Source: Camelus dromedarius (taxonomy: Eukaryota). From it: a stretch of DNA of 64,000 nucleotides. Where the stretch lies: positions 33,978,001-34,042,000 of the forward strand of contig NC_087436.1 in NCBI RefSeq assembly GCF_036321535.1. The letters run 5' to 3'. Below the pieces are notes generated by a model. It had not been told where the DNA came from, ran no database searches, and saw only the letters and a list, made by a program, of their open reading frames with translations. Shown piece by piece: positions 25,751 through 38,700 of this stretch (its first letter is position 1; each line of letters begins with the position of its first letter). The position numbers were made by a program, and so were the translations under genes.

Positions 25751-26187
25751 CGTATTAGTTTACTGAGCTGCTATAACAAATTGTGACAAACTTGTTGGCT
25801 CATAAAAACAGAAATTTTTTCTCTCCCAGTTCTGGAGACCAGAAGTCCAAAGTCAAGATGTCAGCAGAGCCACACTCCCTCTGAAAGCTCTAAAACAGAA
25901 TCCTTTCCTTCCTTTCTCAGCTCCTTGTGGCTTCTCTGGGTTGTAACAGCTTAATTCCAACCTCTGCCTCATTCTTCATTTGGCCTTCTTCCTTGTGTCC
26001 TCTGTGTGTCCTTTTGTGTCTTATAAGGACATTCTTTGGATTTTGGACTCATGCTTATCCAGTATGCTCTCATCTTTATCCTTCCCTTAATTACATCTGC
26101 AAAGTCCCTATTTCTAAATAAAGTCACATTCTGAGGTTCCTGTGGATGCGAATTGAGGGGAGGGGTGACACTGCTCAATCTACTATA
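25751..26187 (-). mobile_element. MaLR solo LTR (MLT1B/C-like)
   Basis: (c)gtattagttt...gctgctataacaaa...cagttctggagaccagaagtccaaagtcaag...aataaagtcacattctgaggt...tcaatctactata. Flanks gagag / gaaag match 4/5. Confidence 0.9.
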
Positions 26188-26299
26188 GAAAGTAAAGATA
26201 GAAAATTTTAAAACTTACAAAAAATAATAGTTTATAAAAGTGGAAGTGTGTAACACAAAACAGTCACAAATACAACTTAAGTCTAGGTGATGTCAGTAT

Positions 26300-26850
26300 A
26301 CCTGAAACATATATACCATTAACTATCAGTGGAAATAAAGTTTTTAGGGAAGAATGGTGAATAATATCAACAAAGGTATTCTTAGTTGAATGTGGTTGAA
26401 TTAAACACATTACTGTTTCCTGTCCGTCATGACACCAATCAATGACAGTAAAGATATAGAAATATATGATTGAAAAAATACATAATAACTGAGTACCAAT
26501 ATGATATATGTAATGAAGAATACCAATGAGAGGCAAGCCAATTCAGCCACACAAAAACAGAAAATATGGGATGGGAGAATTAGAAACTAGAGATCATAAA
26601 GTAAAGTATGGGGCTGAAAAAAAGGTAACAGAAAAATATCTAAAATTGACAAATCAAGGAATTGAAATATAAGCGCATTATTTAGAAGTGAGAAGAGACA
26701 TATGAGAAGAAACAACAAAAGTATCAAAGGAGGGTGAATCAAGGATGAGGAAGGTTTGAGCAGAGGACTGTTGTTTTTCAGTGTATGCTTATTAGTAAGG
26801 TTTAATTTTTTGAACTAGAATTATGAATAATATTATTGAGATTTTTTAAA
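26300..26850 (+). mobile_element. Very old L1 3' remnant (L1ME-like)
   Basis: A-rich degenerate text (aaaattgacaaatcaaggaattg...gcattatttaga...cagaggactgttgtttttca) resembles L1ME 3' ends. Confidence 0.45.
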
Positions 26851-26869
26851 TGTCATTAAAAACATACAA

Positions 26870-27110
26870 AATAGCAATACCTACATTCATTGAACATTAA
26901 CTTGGAGATAGGCACAATGCTAAGTGTTCTGTTTGTTCTTATTCATTTGACACAACAGTTCATTTAATTCAGAAATAAGTGATATTATTATCATCTCAAT
27001 TTTATAGATGAGGAAACAAAATAATTTGCACAGGTCATACAGCTCTTAAGTGACAAAGATGACATTCAAACCTAGGGCTTTATGCTTCCAAATGCTCTTA
27101 GTTGCTGGAC
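26870..27110 (-). mobile_element. MIR SINE
   Basis: aggcacaatgctaagtg...tattattatcatctcaattttatagatgaggaaaca...ttgcacaggtcatacagct...attcaaacctagg. Confidence 0.85.
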
Positions 27111-27431
27111 TGTACAATACTCTGGGGCTGAAACCTTTGTCTGAGGCCACTGAATTCTCTGATTCTGATTGGGTTACGTGACAAAATGACCTTTTGGCAC
27201 CATTCTAATATAACTAGCTTAAAAAGGAAGATGTCTACTCTGAAATGTCCAATAGAACATAGTCAGTTAACAGGCAATAAAAATGGAAGATTTTAAAGTC
27301 CTAAATGGTTATGCTGTAAAATTTAAGTATATCTTGAGATTCTAAAATACCTAATCATCATTAATATCTTAGAAAAGAGAAAATGTAACTAATAAATATT
27401 CTTTCCATGTCTTCCTAAGTGTAACCTAATA

Positions 27432-27588
27432 AGGGAGCATTTTTATGTCTCAGTCTTCACTGGGCAGTCCCAGTTTATACCTCTTATGCTGTCGTAATCA
27501 TTACTAGTCATAATAATTTTGATGTCCTAGCATAATTGTTAATTTTTAGTAGTGTCTCAATACAGATGATAAATTTATATAGCCACTT
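27432..27588. mobile_element. MER94-like hAT-Blackjack MITE (second copy)
   Basis: ctgggcagtcccagtttatacct...gtaatcattactag...agtgtctc...gatgataaatttatatagccac. Confidence 0.55.
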
Positions 27589-29689
27589 CTATAATTTATG
27601 AAAGCCACAATCACAGCACTTAAATATTGAAGATTTTCAAATTCTAGAGGTAAGGTTTTTGTTCTTATTAATCATTCATGTAATTTAGAAGTTCTGCCTG
27701 CTCTGAGAATCTTCTGTCTCTTTAACTTAAATGCCTGATACAAAATATGACTTGGGTAGCTTAACGAACTCTCCCTTTCATTTTGGCAGAAGGCTTAAAT
27801 CTTGGGATAAGGCCAGGCATCTTCCTATTCCGCCTTCTAACTCCCAATCTAATTAGTTTCAAACAGGAGGAACACCTAGGTGTCCCTTAACTTTAAATAT
27901 TTAAATATGCCCTTGGGTTTTTCAGCAATTTACACCCGAAACTTCACCACAGACTTGTAAATCTCTAAACTGTGTGAGATTCCACCCCCCTTCCCTTCCT
28001 GTGAGATTAGTGGCTCCTGTGGGGAAAGGGACACTTGTAAGTTCTAAAATTTACAAGAGTGCTATGCTTTCTAAAGTGTAAATTGCAAGGAAACTCCAGA
28101 GTGCCATTAAGCATTTAAATGTGGTAAGCATCATGCCCCTTGATCCTCTGGGGCAGCAGTCACTAAGAAAGAAGAGAAAAGGGAGCAACACTTGGGTCCC
28201 CAAGTCCTTCACCAAAGTGTGAAACCAATATTGGAAGCATCCTGAATTCAGCAGCAGAAATACAAGCACATCCTTATTCGCTTGCTCTTTTGGTTGCCAT
28301 GTTAAGAATTTAATCAACTGTTGAATGCATAACTGACATACACCTAGTTATTAAATGGTTGAAGCCCATCCATCCTTTAAACAGTAAAGTTATTAAAAAT
28401 AAATTTAATGCCTATTCCTTGACCATTCATTTCAGTCATGTTATTATATGTAAATATAATAACCAAGCTTAAGCAAATTTATAAATTATCTTTCCTTAGA
28501 CAGTACATTGATAGACTGAAGACAGAGGGGACCATGGAAAGTGACTTGTCCGAAGTTGCAAAGGTAGTGAGCACCAGTTACATTAAATAAATGAAGTTCA
28601 TGAAAGAAGGTCTTTCTAATTTATTTGACTTCTGAAGTAGAATACATTCTCTGCACAGAGAATTTTCACAGCCATCTAAGAGAATGTTGAAAAAGGCTAC
28701 AGCCAAAAATACTATTTCCTGACCCAAAGATATTCATATACAGACTGAAATGCAGGTGTTATTGTCCCAGTGCCCATTTTGTGCTGAGAAGTAGGGCCCC
28801 AGGATTTTCTCTAGAAGTCATAGTTCTACTTGCCAATTTTATCACCTAAGGCTCCCAGGTGCAAATATGTACACACATAGAAAATAACCAATTTCAGCTT
28901 AAATGTTTCTTGCACTGAAGTCAATGTTGTTGCCTTTGGCTCCTATATGGAGACATTTCTCCTTCACCTACTTTGAATGAGAAAAGGTGACGAATTTTAC
29001 TATTCCAAACAATGAAATCCTAACAACACAATTTCTCAATTTTGGAGAACGGGATAGAATGACTTTATTTTTAAAAAATCATACCTCCACTTTTCTGTGT
29101 TTTATGCAAGATTACCAAAGCATAGGATGGAATTTACTGGAGGTTTGGAGTTTCAAATCCAACAGTACTAGAAGTAAAGGGAAACGGAAAAACAGATGTA
29201 ATTCTGAAGCTTCTTGTTGCCAAAAGAAATATGAAACCACTGACATGTTCTCTCTCTTTCTTTTCTTCCTTTGTGTCTTGGATTGCACCAGACTCTCCTC
29301 ATTTTCCAGCATCTTTGTTACCTTCATGTGGAAAGTGTGTGTTCCCATTAAACTCTCTGCTCTTTTTGTTCCCCTCTTGTCCCATCCTGTGCTTTAATCT
29401 CCAAACTCTTATTACCTCTTTTAAAAGACTCCAATATTTCAGTTTTCCTCCCTTGTTTTCTCTTTTTAGTTTAGTTACTTATGCAACTTAAGGTTTTTTA
29501 CATTGTTATATTATTTTTCAGATTTTTTTTTCTATCTTGTTTATGATCTTTGGGAGCTATTTGAAAATATATTTTAAAAGATTTACTTTAACACTTCTGG
29601 TTTTATTCTCTTGTCTACAGACTACCTCATCACATTTTTTTCCTTACACATCTTTCCACTTTTATTTTTCCAAATTCTTAAAATAATGT

Positions 29690-29910
29690 TTGAGAACATG
29701 GAATTTGGAGTCGACTAATGTAGTTCAGATCTTTTACCATTCACCAATTCTGTAACTTACTTAACCACCCTAAACCATATTTTCTTCATCTTTTAGATTG
29801 AGATAATAACACTTGACGGTGCTGTTGGAAAGATTAAGTATGTTTGAAACAGTTGAACACAATACTTAGCTTGTAGTACACACTCAGTAAATAGGGATTA
29901 TTACTATATT
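29690..29910 (+). mobile_element. MIR SINE
   Basis: gagaacatggaatttggagtc...ttacttaaccaccctaaacc...ttcttcatc...gaaagattaag...cactcagtaaata...attactat. Confidence 0.75.
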
Positions 29911-30542
29911 AATCTATAAGATAAAGGAAAAAAGAGTTTTTATTTCTAAAAGAAAAAGGGGAAATTTTAACATTTAACTGGAGATAAAAAATCTTACAGC
30001 ATGCATGTAAATGTAATTTTAGGAGCACATCTTGAGGGTGTACTTGGAATGTAACCTGAAAAAGGTAGCATAGTGCTAAATAAGAACTTGAATTGTAGAT
30101 TCAACAAGTTTTTCTCAAGTCACTATTCCTTCCCTTAATCTGTTATATAGATGTAGTCAAATCACTTATGTTTTTGATCCTCAATGTCATCATCTAGCAT
30201 TAAAATCTCTTAGGATGAAAAGAGGTGCTCATTTATTATTTTTGTTTTTATCCTGAGAAAATACAGTAAATATTTGTCATTTAAAAGAGCAAAAAGACTA
30301 TGGTTTATGCTTTACAAATAACTGTTGAGTTTCACATACCGTCATGTTCTATTTGCATGGCTAGATTTTCTACCCTCTGAGACGATCAGGCTTTTCTACT
30401 GCATGTTTTAGGGGAAAAGGGTTGGTGCATTGTGGTTCAGAAGGAGGTACTTGGTCTTTAAAGCTTACCATGTTGTAATATTGGGTAGTTAATATGTAGG
30501 CTAAAGATAGAGTCAAAGGGGAGACCTGGGCACACCTTCTAT

Positions 30543-30603
30543 TTCGAGTACAAGCATCCTTAGACTTCTTCCTTCTAGAAGTCTAAGGATGCTTGTACTT
30601 GAA
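30543..30603. repeat. Perfect inverted repeat / hairpin (23-bp arms, 7-nt loop)
   Basis: agtacaagcatccttagacttct (30547-30569) + tccttct + agaagtctaaggatgcttgtact (30577-30599). Extends 4 bp further with one G:T pair. Confidence 0.98.
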
Positions 30604-31644
30604 GTAAAATATTTTCTTGACTCCCTTTGTCTCTACAGCAGCTGGTGCAACACTGGGATAAAACTTTTCTTTCATTCCTTCCCCCCACCCCACAAAGTGA
30701 TGATACCTGCTCATGTAACACTCAGGTCAATGGGTAAAGATAGGATTTGTTTATAAAAATTTTATTTATACAAAATTGTTTATAATTATATTTACATATC
30801 CTATACAGTTTCTGGCGTTAAATGGGCATAATATTTTTTTTCAGTAAATGAATAATTCCTAGACAAAAACCTAACAATATCATTTATACTAACTTACCTT
30901 CTAGTTAGCAGGCCACAGTACTAAAAATTTTGACAAGTAGAGCGTCTTTCTTAAGTTATTTTGTTTATCCTAAGAATATATCTATCAAAATGCAAATGTA
31001 TTGTGGAAATAGTATAATTCGTAAGTGAAATTCTTTTCGACAAAGAAACAAAAATCTAGATTCATGAGAAACTGAACAAGAACAAGAATAACCCAAAAGC
31101 CTCTCAAGTGCAGGTGGACTGGCGTGGTTGGGATGCCAGTGGGCTGATCTTCAGCTGGCAGACACCAGGACAGGCCTTTTGTTCCCTGACCAAAGTTAGT
31201 ACATTCCATTCATTCTGCCTGGGTCTAGAGTCTATATGATTGACAGTTGCTCTGGCCGTATTTGTTCTTAAATGCTTGAAGTATTACCCCTTGAAGAGCT
31301 GAACTGATCACAAAGGCAATTATACACTTAGGGCTAGTTGTATGAAAGAGCAGGGTGAGTGATTTGAAAAAAAGAAAATATTCAGAAACATTGAGACAGA
31401 TTTACTTCTACTATATAATATTCTAAAGCATAGACTAAGGCTATCATAAAACTGTAATTTTTCAATCTTATTGTCAATCCTGCAAATAGTTTTTCCACAG
31501 GAAGACAAAATTGTTTTTTAAAAGCAGAAATTTGGCAATATCTTTTTGCTAGCTATTTGAGTTTTTATAAAGTAACCATTTCATTATTGCCCTACCCTCA
31601 GTACCATGCACAGTGGACTGTATGTGGTTCTTACATTAGCTGTG

Positions 31645-31822
31645 ACAGAGTTGCTCCAATTATATTAAACATATCACCTCCATCAGAATGTTTAGGGTTA
31701 TTTGTCAAAAATGCAAATTGCTTTCTATTACCCCAGAAATACTGAATGAGAATCACTGAGGGTATAGTGAAGAAATCTGTATTTTAATAATTACCAAGAT
31801 ACTTCTTACACAATTTGAAATC
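31645..31822. mobile_element. MER5-like hAT-Charlie MITE
   Basis: catcagaat...aaaaatgcaaattgc...ccccagaaatactgaatgagaatcactgaggg...gaaatctgtattttaataa. Confidence 0.7.
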
Positions 31823-34254
31823 TTGTCCCAAGAAAAATCAAAATGTGTTTCCTGATTCCTGAGATGTGTCAGGCCAAGTCCTCAATACAAGGCAAAATGA
31901 TACAGTAAGTGTTTTGGTACTATTTAAAGTGCATACATCTAGGAATTGCCTGAATCTAGCATGTATTGAATAGTAGCAACATACATACTTTCAGAATGTG
32001 TCTTCAAACACCTACAGAGTTAGATTAGATGATCCTATTTAATGCCAATGTAGAAACAAGTTAAAATCAAATTTCCTATCTTATAGATGTCCAAAATTTG
32101 ATATAAGTTGGGACTAATTTTTTTCTTTTTTTTTCTGTTTCACTTAAGAATTATGTCAATTCATGGCTATTACTCTCATGTTAGTAAAACTAAACATTTG
32201 CAGAATTGCTGGGCTATGTCTCCTTTCTAGTTGAATCCATTTGAAACCATGAACTTACATGGCTTCTGCTTCAAATAATCAGTCAGCACAGGTTTTCTCA
32301 AAATTGGCCCAGTCCTGTTCAGAAAGTTTGTGAAGCATTCAGTAAATGTAATTCAATTTTAAAATTTGTAACCAGACCCCTCATTGGGTGTGTGTCACTT
32401 AAATTAGTTATACTTTTAAGTAAGAGTCATATATTCCAGTACATCTTGTAATGGTATATAAGCTAAAATCTAGAGAATAGTAAAGATAAAAATGTTTATT
32501 CTCTGCTGTTTCCAAGTATACATATTAAATTTTCTTGTCTTCAATTTCGTATACTTTCCTAATAGTAGTAGAGTAATTGATTTGTACTACACTCAATCCT
32601 ATTTTTGATAATACCACATTCTAGGTGGAAAAAAACCACACATTTCTTAAACCCACTGAACTGCAAAATTAAAATTATGATCCTGTTCCACAGTAGAGGC
32701 CCTCTCCTCCACTACAGATATACCAACTAAAATAATGTGTGCTTATTAAAAATTTCAGTGAAATTATGTGAAAATATATGTACATATAATGAATGTACAA
32801 GTGATAGACAAAACTAAATATGAAGATAAGTTTAAAGCCTTTCCTTCTGTCTTCTGTATGTCTGATGTTACTGAATTCCTTCAATAACACTCATGAAGAA
32901 CCTCGAATAACATGCCAGCTCATATAGACTACCCTAACTTACAAGTTGTACATACAGCTCTCATATTTTAAGCCCACTTTTAAGAGGTGACACATAGTGC
33001 AAAATCCACACTAAAGACTCATGTCAAAATCACCAATAGTCCAAATATATTGAAAAAGCATCTATGACGCATAGGTTTTTTTTTTTTATATATAATTCAA
33101 AGTACATAAAGAAAAACAAGAGAGGGTCTTCTTAGCTATTGTAAATACACAGAACAAGAAAGCTTCAAAGGGTCATGAGTTTAAAACGTTTAAGAAACAG
33201 GATTTCACAGGGTCAAGGTAATTAAGGGCATGGCTCCAAGTCCACCTCATTAACCATAAACATTGGCAGCTCTTGAAGTGTGAAGTTGGAAGATGACTGG
33301 GGTTGGCTTCTCCTTCTAAATCATCCTTCATTAGACCTAGGAAGTCCAAGCCTTATAAAACATTTTTTCCTAATATCCAGAAACCAAAGCTGACTGTTTA
33401 GAGCATCTGTCCACTTATGTGGAGAATATTCCTTTTTCTTTTTCCATTGTCTTAAATCAAAGTGCTCTTTTTGCTTTTAGTATATTTCTCTTTCTAGCTT
33501 TTAGGGATAGAAATTAAGCTTCACTCTTTGCATTTTTTTCTTTTTCATATATATATTTTTTTACCTTTAATTTTGGCAACTTAAATGTAATCTAAACTAT
33601 ACAAGCCATACCCTTTGTTAGTCACTTGAGTTAACCAAATTACATCAGTGACTTAAAAAAAAAAAAAAAAAGAGCATAAAAATATTCTCTTCCCTTCTCT
33701 TTCCTATTTAGGGAAAAAGGAGTTTTTTAGGGAAGGAGGGGTAACTGTAAACTACATCTTCAAGGTAAGTATAGAGGGGAAGCTACTTAAATACTGTAAT
33801 ATGACTGCTCTGATTTTTCGATAATAGGAATGAAGCCAGTCCTGCAGGCAATTTCCTGATGTGGCACACCTCTCCTAACACTTTTTTCTCACACAAAAAA
33901 TGTCAGATTACTTAACAGACCATCAGAGAAGTTCCAATGTCACTTGGGGTAATCTTTCCTTGTAGACACCTATACAATTATCAATGCCACATTTTTATAT
34001 TATGTTTTAGTCAAAAGGTGGGCAGCACAACATTTATGTACCCCTATGCAATAAAATACTTAGTACCTTTTGTAAAAGGTATTTCACTGAAAGTACAAAA
34101 AGTGTATATTCTTTCTTTTAATAGAGCATCATGAATGTATCTCTGACACCTTTTTCATGGAGCTTTAAAATATGCAAAGTCTTGAGCTAATGCAAGTGTT
34201 TCAGAATAATAATTGGGCAGTGGATTCTTAAGTTTCTACTAGTTCATGTAGCCA

Positions 34255-34770
34255 TTCATTCATCAACATTGAACTCCCACCTATGCCAAGCACTGTGCAA
34301 ACTTTGAAGATTTAAAGAAAAATAAACCCTGCCCCTTTTCTTAAGAAGTGTGTAGTTTTTTGAGAGAGACAGACACATAAATAATTATAGTCATTGCAGT
34401 AAGTGTTATAATGCAGACACTGGAAAGTTTTATGGAAGTCCAGAAGACAAGGCAACACTTTTTGCCTGAGGAAGTAACGAAAATCTTGAGTGGGTTCTTT
34501 GAGGATGAGGAGAGATCCTACTGATAGAGAACAATGGTGGAGAATGTGGGAAGGGGGAAGACAGCAGGAGGCACAGCAGTAGAAGCCTGTAGGTAAAGGA
34601 GGTAGGACTTTGAAGGATATGTTTGAATATGTTTAACGTGGCCAAGATGTAAAGAGGATGCTTACAGAGGTGACACTGGCAAGGAAAAGTTGAAGGGAGC
34701 ACTTTTATGAATGACTTAGTACAGACTCCTAGTGTATCTGAGATCTCAGAGCAAAAGAAGAGCTGTGAAA
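34255..34770 (-). mobile_element. L2 3' fragment
   Basis: cattcattcatcaacattgaactcccacctatgccaagcactgtg..., the antisense L2 tail, followed by purine-rich L2 body. Confidence 0.8.
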
Positions 34771-36284
34771 GGGGCAAAAAGGCATCTCGTTGCCGTCATT
34801 TTGGGACCAGGCTTCCATTCATAAGCCTCACACTTAAGAAAACCTACTTTTGGAGCTTGACTTTCATGGAATTTTGACCCATATCTGAAAATTTAGTGGG
34901 AAAAGTACAAGTCAAAATACTTCTTTTTGAAGCTATGAGGAAGTTTTGATTTAGTTTTATTTGATGAAAGAGGAGATTTGTCCCCACCCTTCGAAGAAAT
35001 TCTTCCTTTGTGGTAAAATGAATTAATCAGACCATTAGCTGGCCTGAATGCATTATCTTCAGATGAGAAGCAAAAACCACAAACTAAAAATGCAGGTGTT
35101 TAGACTGTAGATCAAAGAAACATTTTACTAGAAAATGTGAGGTGTGGTCTCTTTGTGTGGAAGAGAGAGATTATTCTCTGAGATATGTTTTTGTAAGTAT
35201 GGATTAAGGTTCACCTGTTGTTTTCTTAAGAAGTATGAACCTCAGGCCAAAACTTCCCTTTTGTGTGAATCAAATTCATTTCACACTCCTCGCACCGGGA
35301 TGTCAGAAAGCTTAACTTCAGTCTTCTTGATGAACTCCCTCCCACAACACTGTGCTTTACTTCTGGCATCCACTTCATTGTTAATTTCCAGGGAGGGAGG
35401 AGGGACATCTGTACACGGAAGGAGATGCAGATAGGACAGAGTCCCTAGTCTTTGGCCATTTGTTTTTAGAAGTTTTTAGAGATGCTTGTTAGCCTTGTCC
35501 TCAGGACTTCTTCAGGATGGTGACTGCCGGATGCTTTTGGGTCACCTCTGGGGCCTGAAAACTTTACTCTATAGTCCCTTCTGTATAGCCATATCGTGAA
35601 ACCATTCCCTTCCAGGGTATTGTTAACTCACCGATGAGTTGACTGTTACATTCTAGGATGGACATGTTTTGTCTAGCTGCACCATGAAACCATTTCCCTC
35701 TAGGGGGTCTTGCAAACTCCTTAGCTAGTTGATAAGAACCCAGCTTGGACTTTTTTGGCTCCTGAGATCTTTCTGTCTTGTATACTCCCCATCTTGGGTA
35801 AACTTCCTTCCCTTTGGAATTGGGTAACTCCACTCAAAGCCCAATTTCTCTAGCAAACTATAGCTTTAGATAATTTTCTTTGTGACTTCTCTCAGGAGTA
35901 TCTATAGTGATTTACTACTCAGACCATTGATTTTTGGAATTTTACAACCCTTCTTACACTATCTTTTGAGCAAGGAAGTAGTTAGTGTGCCTGCTATCTA
36001 TTTGAATGGGGAAAAGAGATAAGGAGAAACCTGCTTGGTGAGGAGGCAGTGCATGAATTAAAATCTCAAAATATTATTTTGACAACTCATCTCCCTGTAA
36101 AATTCATGTTTTCTTAAAACAAAAAAATGAATGCTTTTTGCTCCCATCCCTAAGCCTTAAATTGAAAGTGGAATCTAAGTCCCTGAACTAAGTGGGTTAT
36201 TATCTGGATTGGAAAGTTATGGGAAAGTTGAGACTGTTCACAGTGTAAATTATTCAACTTGTTCACCTGGGGTGGCAGTGCAGG

Positions 36285-36540
36285 AGTAATAATACCATAT
36301 TGAGTGTTCACTCTGTGCCATGTGCTCTTTTGAGTCTTTTATATGCAAGATCTCATTTAATTTTCATAGCAACTGTATGAAAAAGGTAACATTATTATCA
36401 TTTTTTAATGCCAGATCAAGAAACTGAGGCAGAGATAGGTTACATAATTTTTCAATGTCCAGCGCTGGGAAGTTTTGGAATCACTGGTTATGATAATTCA
36501 TTGTCTCTGGAACCCAAGCTCTTGACTATTATGCTATGCT
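36285..36540 (-). mobile_element. MIR SINE
   Basis: aataataccatattgagtgttcactctgtgcca...atctcatttaa...aagaaactgaggcagagataggtta. Confidence 0.85.
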
Positions 36541-37839
36541 AATAAATCACATTCCACACATCTCAGGGCAGCCAGACATAGAATAACAGAAAGGGTGGTA
36601 TTTCCTCCTTGATAAGTCTACCTGATAGGTCCTCACTTGATAAGTGAGTCTTGATAAGACACTCAGTTATCTTTAGTTTTAACTTGGTGGATGAGGATTC
36701 AATTTTGGTAGAAAGTGTGGGTTTAATCCCCATCTATTGCTGACAGAAAGCATATCCTCCATTCTTCCTGGGTGTCTGGCTGGTCTCATGCTCCTGCTTC
36801 AAGGTATCAGCAGGTTGTATTGGGGTCTTTAGTTTCAGTGGGTCAAAGTTTTGCACTGAGATACTCATCATCTCTGGGTGCTTAATTCTTCAATTTCCCA
36901 CTGCTTTGAATTATTCTCATTATTAGAGCAAGGCAATGCTTCACAGGGTCCAAAAATACTACACAGTTATTTCCTTCAGCATATCCCTAACTCCCTGCCA
37001 CGCTGCCAAGTGGCTGGACTAAGGGTCTCCTTTTCTGCAGAACCACAAGCACCTTTCTCATTGTTTCTCTGTAGCCTAAGGAGGTTCTTTTTTCTTTTTT
37101 CCTATCTAGAGGAAAGCCTTACTCTTCACCCTCTAAACTACTGAGTTTCTCCAAATATTTCCCACACATCCTTTTCTCTTGGTATTTCTTTTAGGAGCAC
37201 TTCACTTAATCTCATCAGTAGGCTTTAGATTTAAAATAAGAACAAGCTATTACCCCACAAACATAATGTGCAGAAAGGAAATGCAAGTCCTGCTATCTTG
37301 TTAAACAGGAAGAAGGTAAAACAAGACAAAAACAAAACAAAACAGAGAAAATCATAAAGAAATTTAAGGAATAAAATTTAGCCACACTTGTTTCAGTGGA
37401 GTATGTGTAAGAGAATATCTTCATGTTGTTTGGTTACTTATTGATAAAGAAAAATGAAGCTGATGTTCAGAATTTTGTAAGAATCAAGACACAAGCAATG
37501 CCACTTCAACACCAAGATACCAAAGCATCTCAGTAAGCTGGAGAAGAAAGATATTTACACATTTCCAGGTTGAAACTAGAATTTTTCTATCACGCCTCCA
37601 GTGACAAATGTATGTGCACAGAGAAACAATATTAAGTTGTGAAGAGCAGTTATTATTTTGAAGAGTTTATGTGCTGGGGCAACAAAGGGAAGACCAAGCC
37701 AGACTTATTTCTGGATCCATATGAGATACTTCATTCTGAATTTTTCCAAATATAATGGGGGTAGGATGAGGGAAGGTAGACCTGGGGCAATGGTTAATTT
37801 CTTGAATGTTAGATGGAGGATTACAGTCATTTCAATTTA

Positions 37840-38700
37840 GCTCTTAAAATAAAAATGAGTTTAATTAGACTGCAATTCCTGTGACAGACAGGTTATGCTA
37901 TTGGTCAGAGGAACTTAAAATTTTCTAGAAACAAAGCATCTGATGTAGGAGGGCATTTGTGTCAAGGACATCAGAAAAGATCTATGAAATGATGAAAACC
38001 TAGACTATGACAGGAGTAACAAAAACAAACAAAACTATTAACTTATTGCACGTGAAGCATCAGAAAGAGAAAGGAATTCGAGGTAGTTGCCATGGAACTG
38101 AACAAATAGTGATGCCATTAAGTAATATGGGGGATATAAGAAAAAGAGGAAAAGGAGCAAGTTTTCCAGAGAAGAAAATGAATTAGATGTAGAACCTGTG
38201 TATTTATGTTTCCTGCCTAATATCCTACTAAAGATAGAAATTGGCAATTAGGAACTCAATCATAAATAAACTCAGTAGAGAAATCAGTGATAGAAAATTA
38301 GGTGATAAGAATGATAGAAAAAGTTATTGGTGAACAAATGGTTTATTAAACTACCAAGTAAATGATAACATCAAGAGAAAAACATGCAAAACATAAAAAA
38401 GAATAGGATCCAAGATTAAACTGTAGGGAATAAGAACATTCAAAGAACAGATTTAGGAAAGAAGGGTGAGAAGGACTGATCAGAGAGACTGGAGATAGGG
38501 GAAAGCTAGGAGGAGAAATGGATACCTGATGCCATCAGAAACATGTATGTTAAGAAGTAGGAGAGCTCAATATTATGTTACAGAAGGATTAAATAAGATG
38601 AGAGATAAGAAAGTATCCATTGGATTTAGGTGATGATAAAGTCAATGAGTGATTTTACTAGAGTTAATAAATTATATTTCAAAAGTTGTTGAGAAGGTAA
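37840..38700 (-). mobile_element. L2 fragment (highly diverged)
   Basis: gagaagaaaatgaattag...aaataagatgagagataagaaagtatccattggatttagg, an antisense L2 motif. Confidence 0.6.

Noticed and set aside
28987..29491. 136-aa and overlapping ORFs as a gene
   Set aside because: Non-ATG start for the longest, low-complexity F/L/S-rich translation, no recognisable domain or exon structure.
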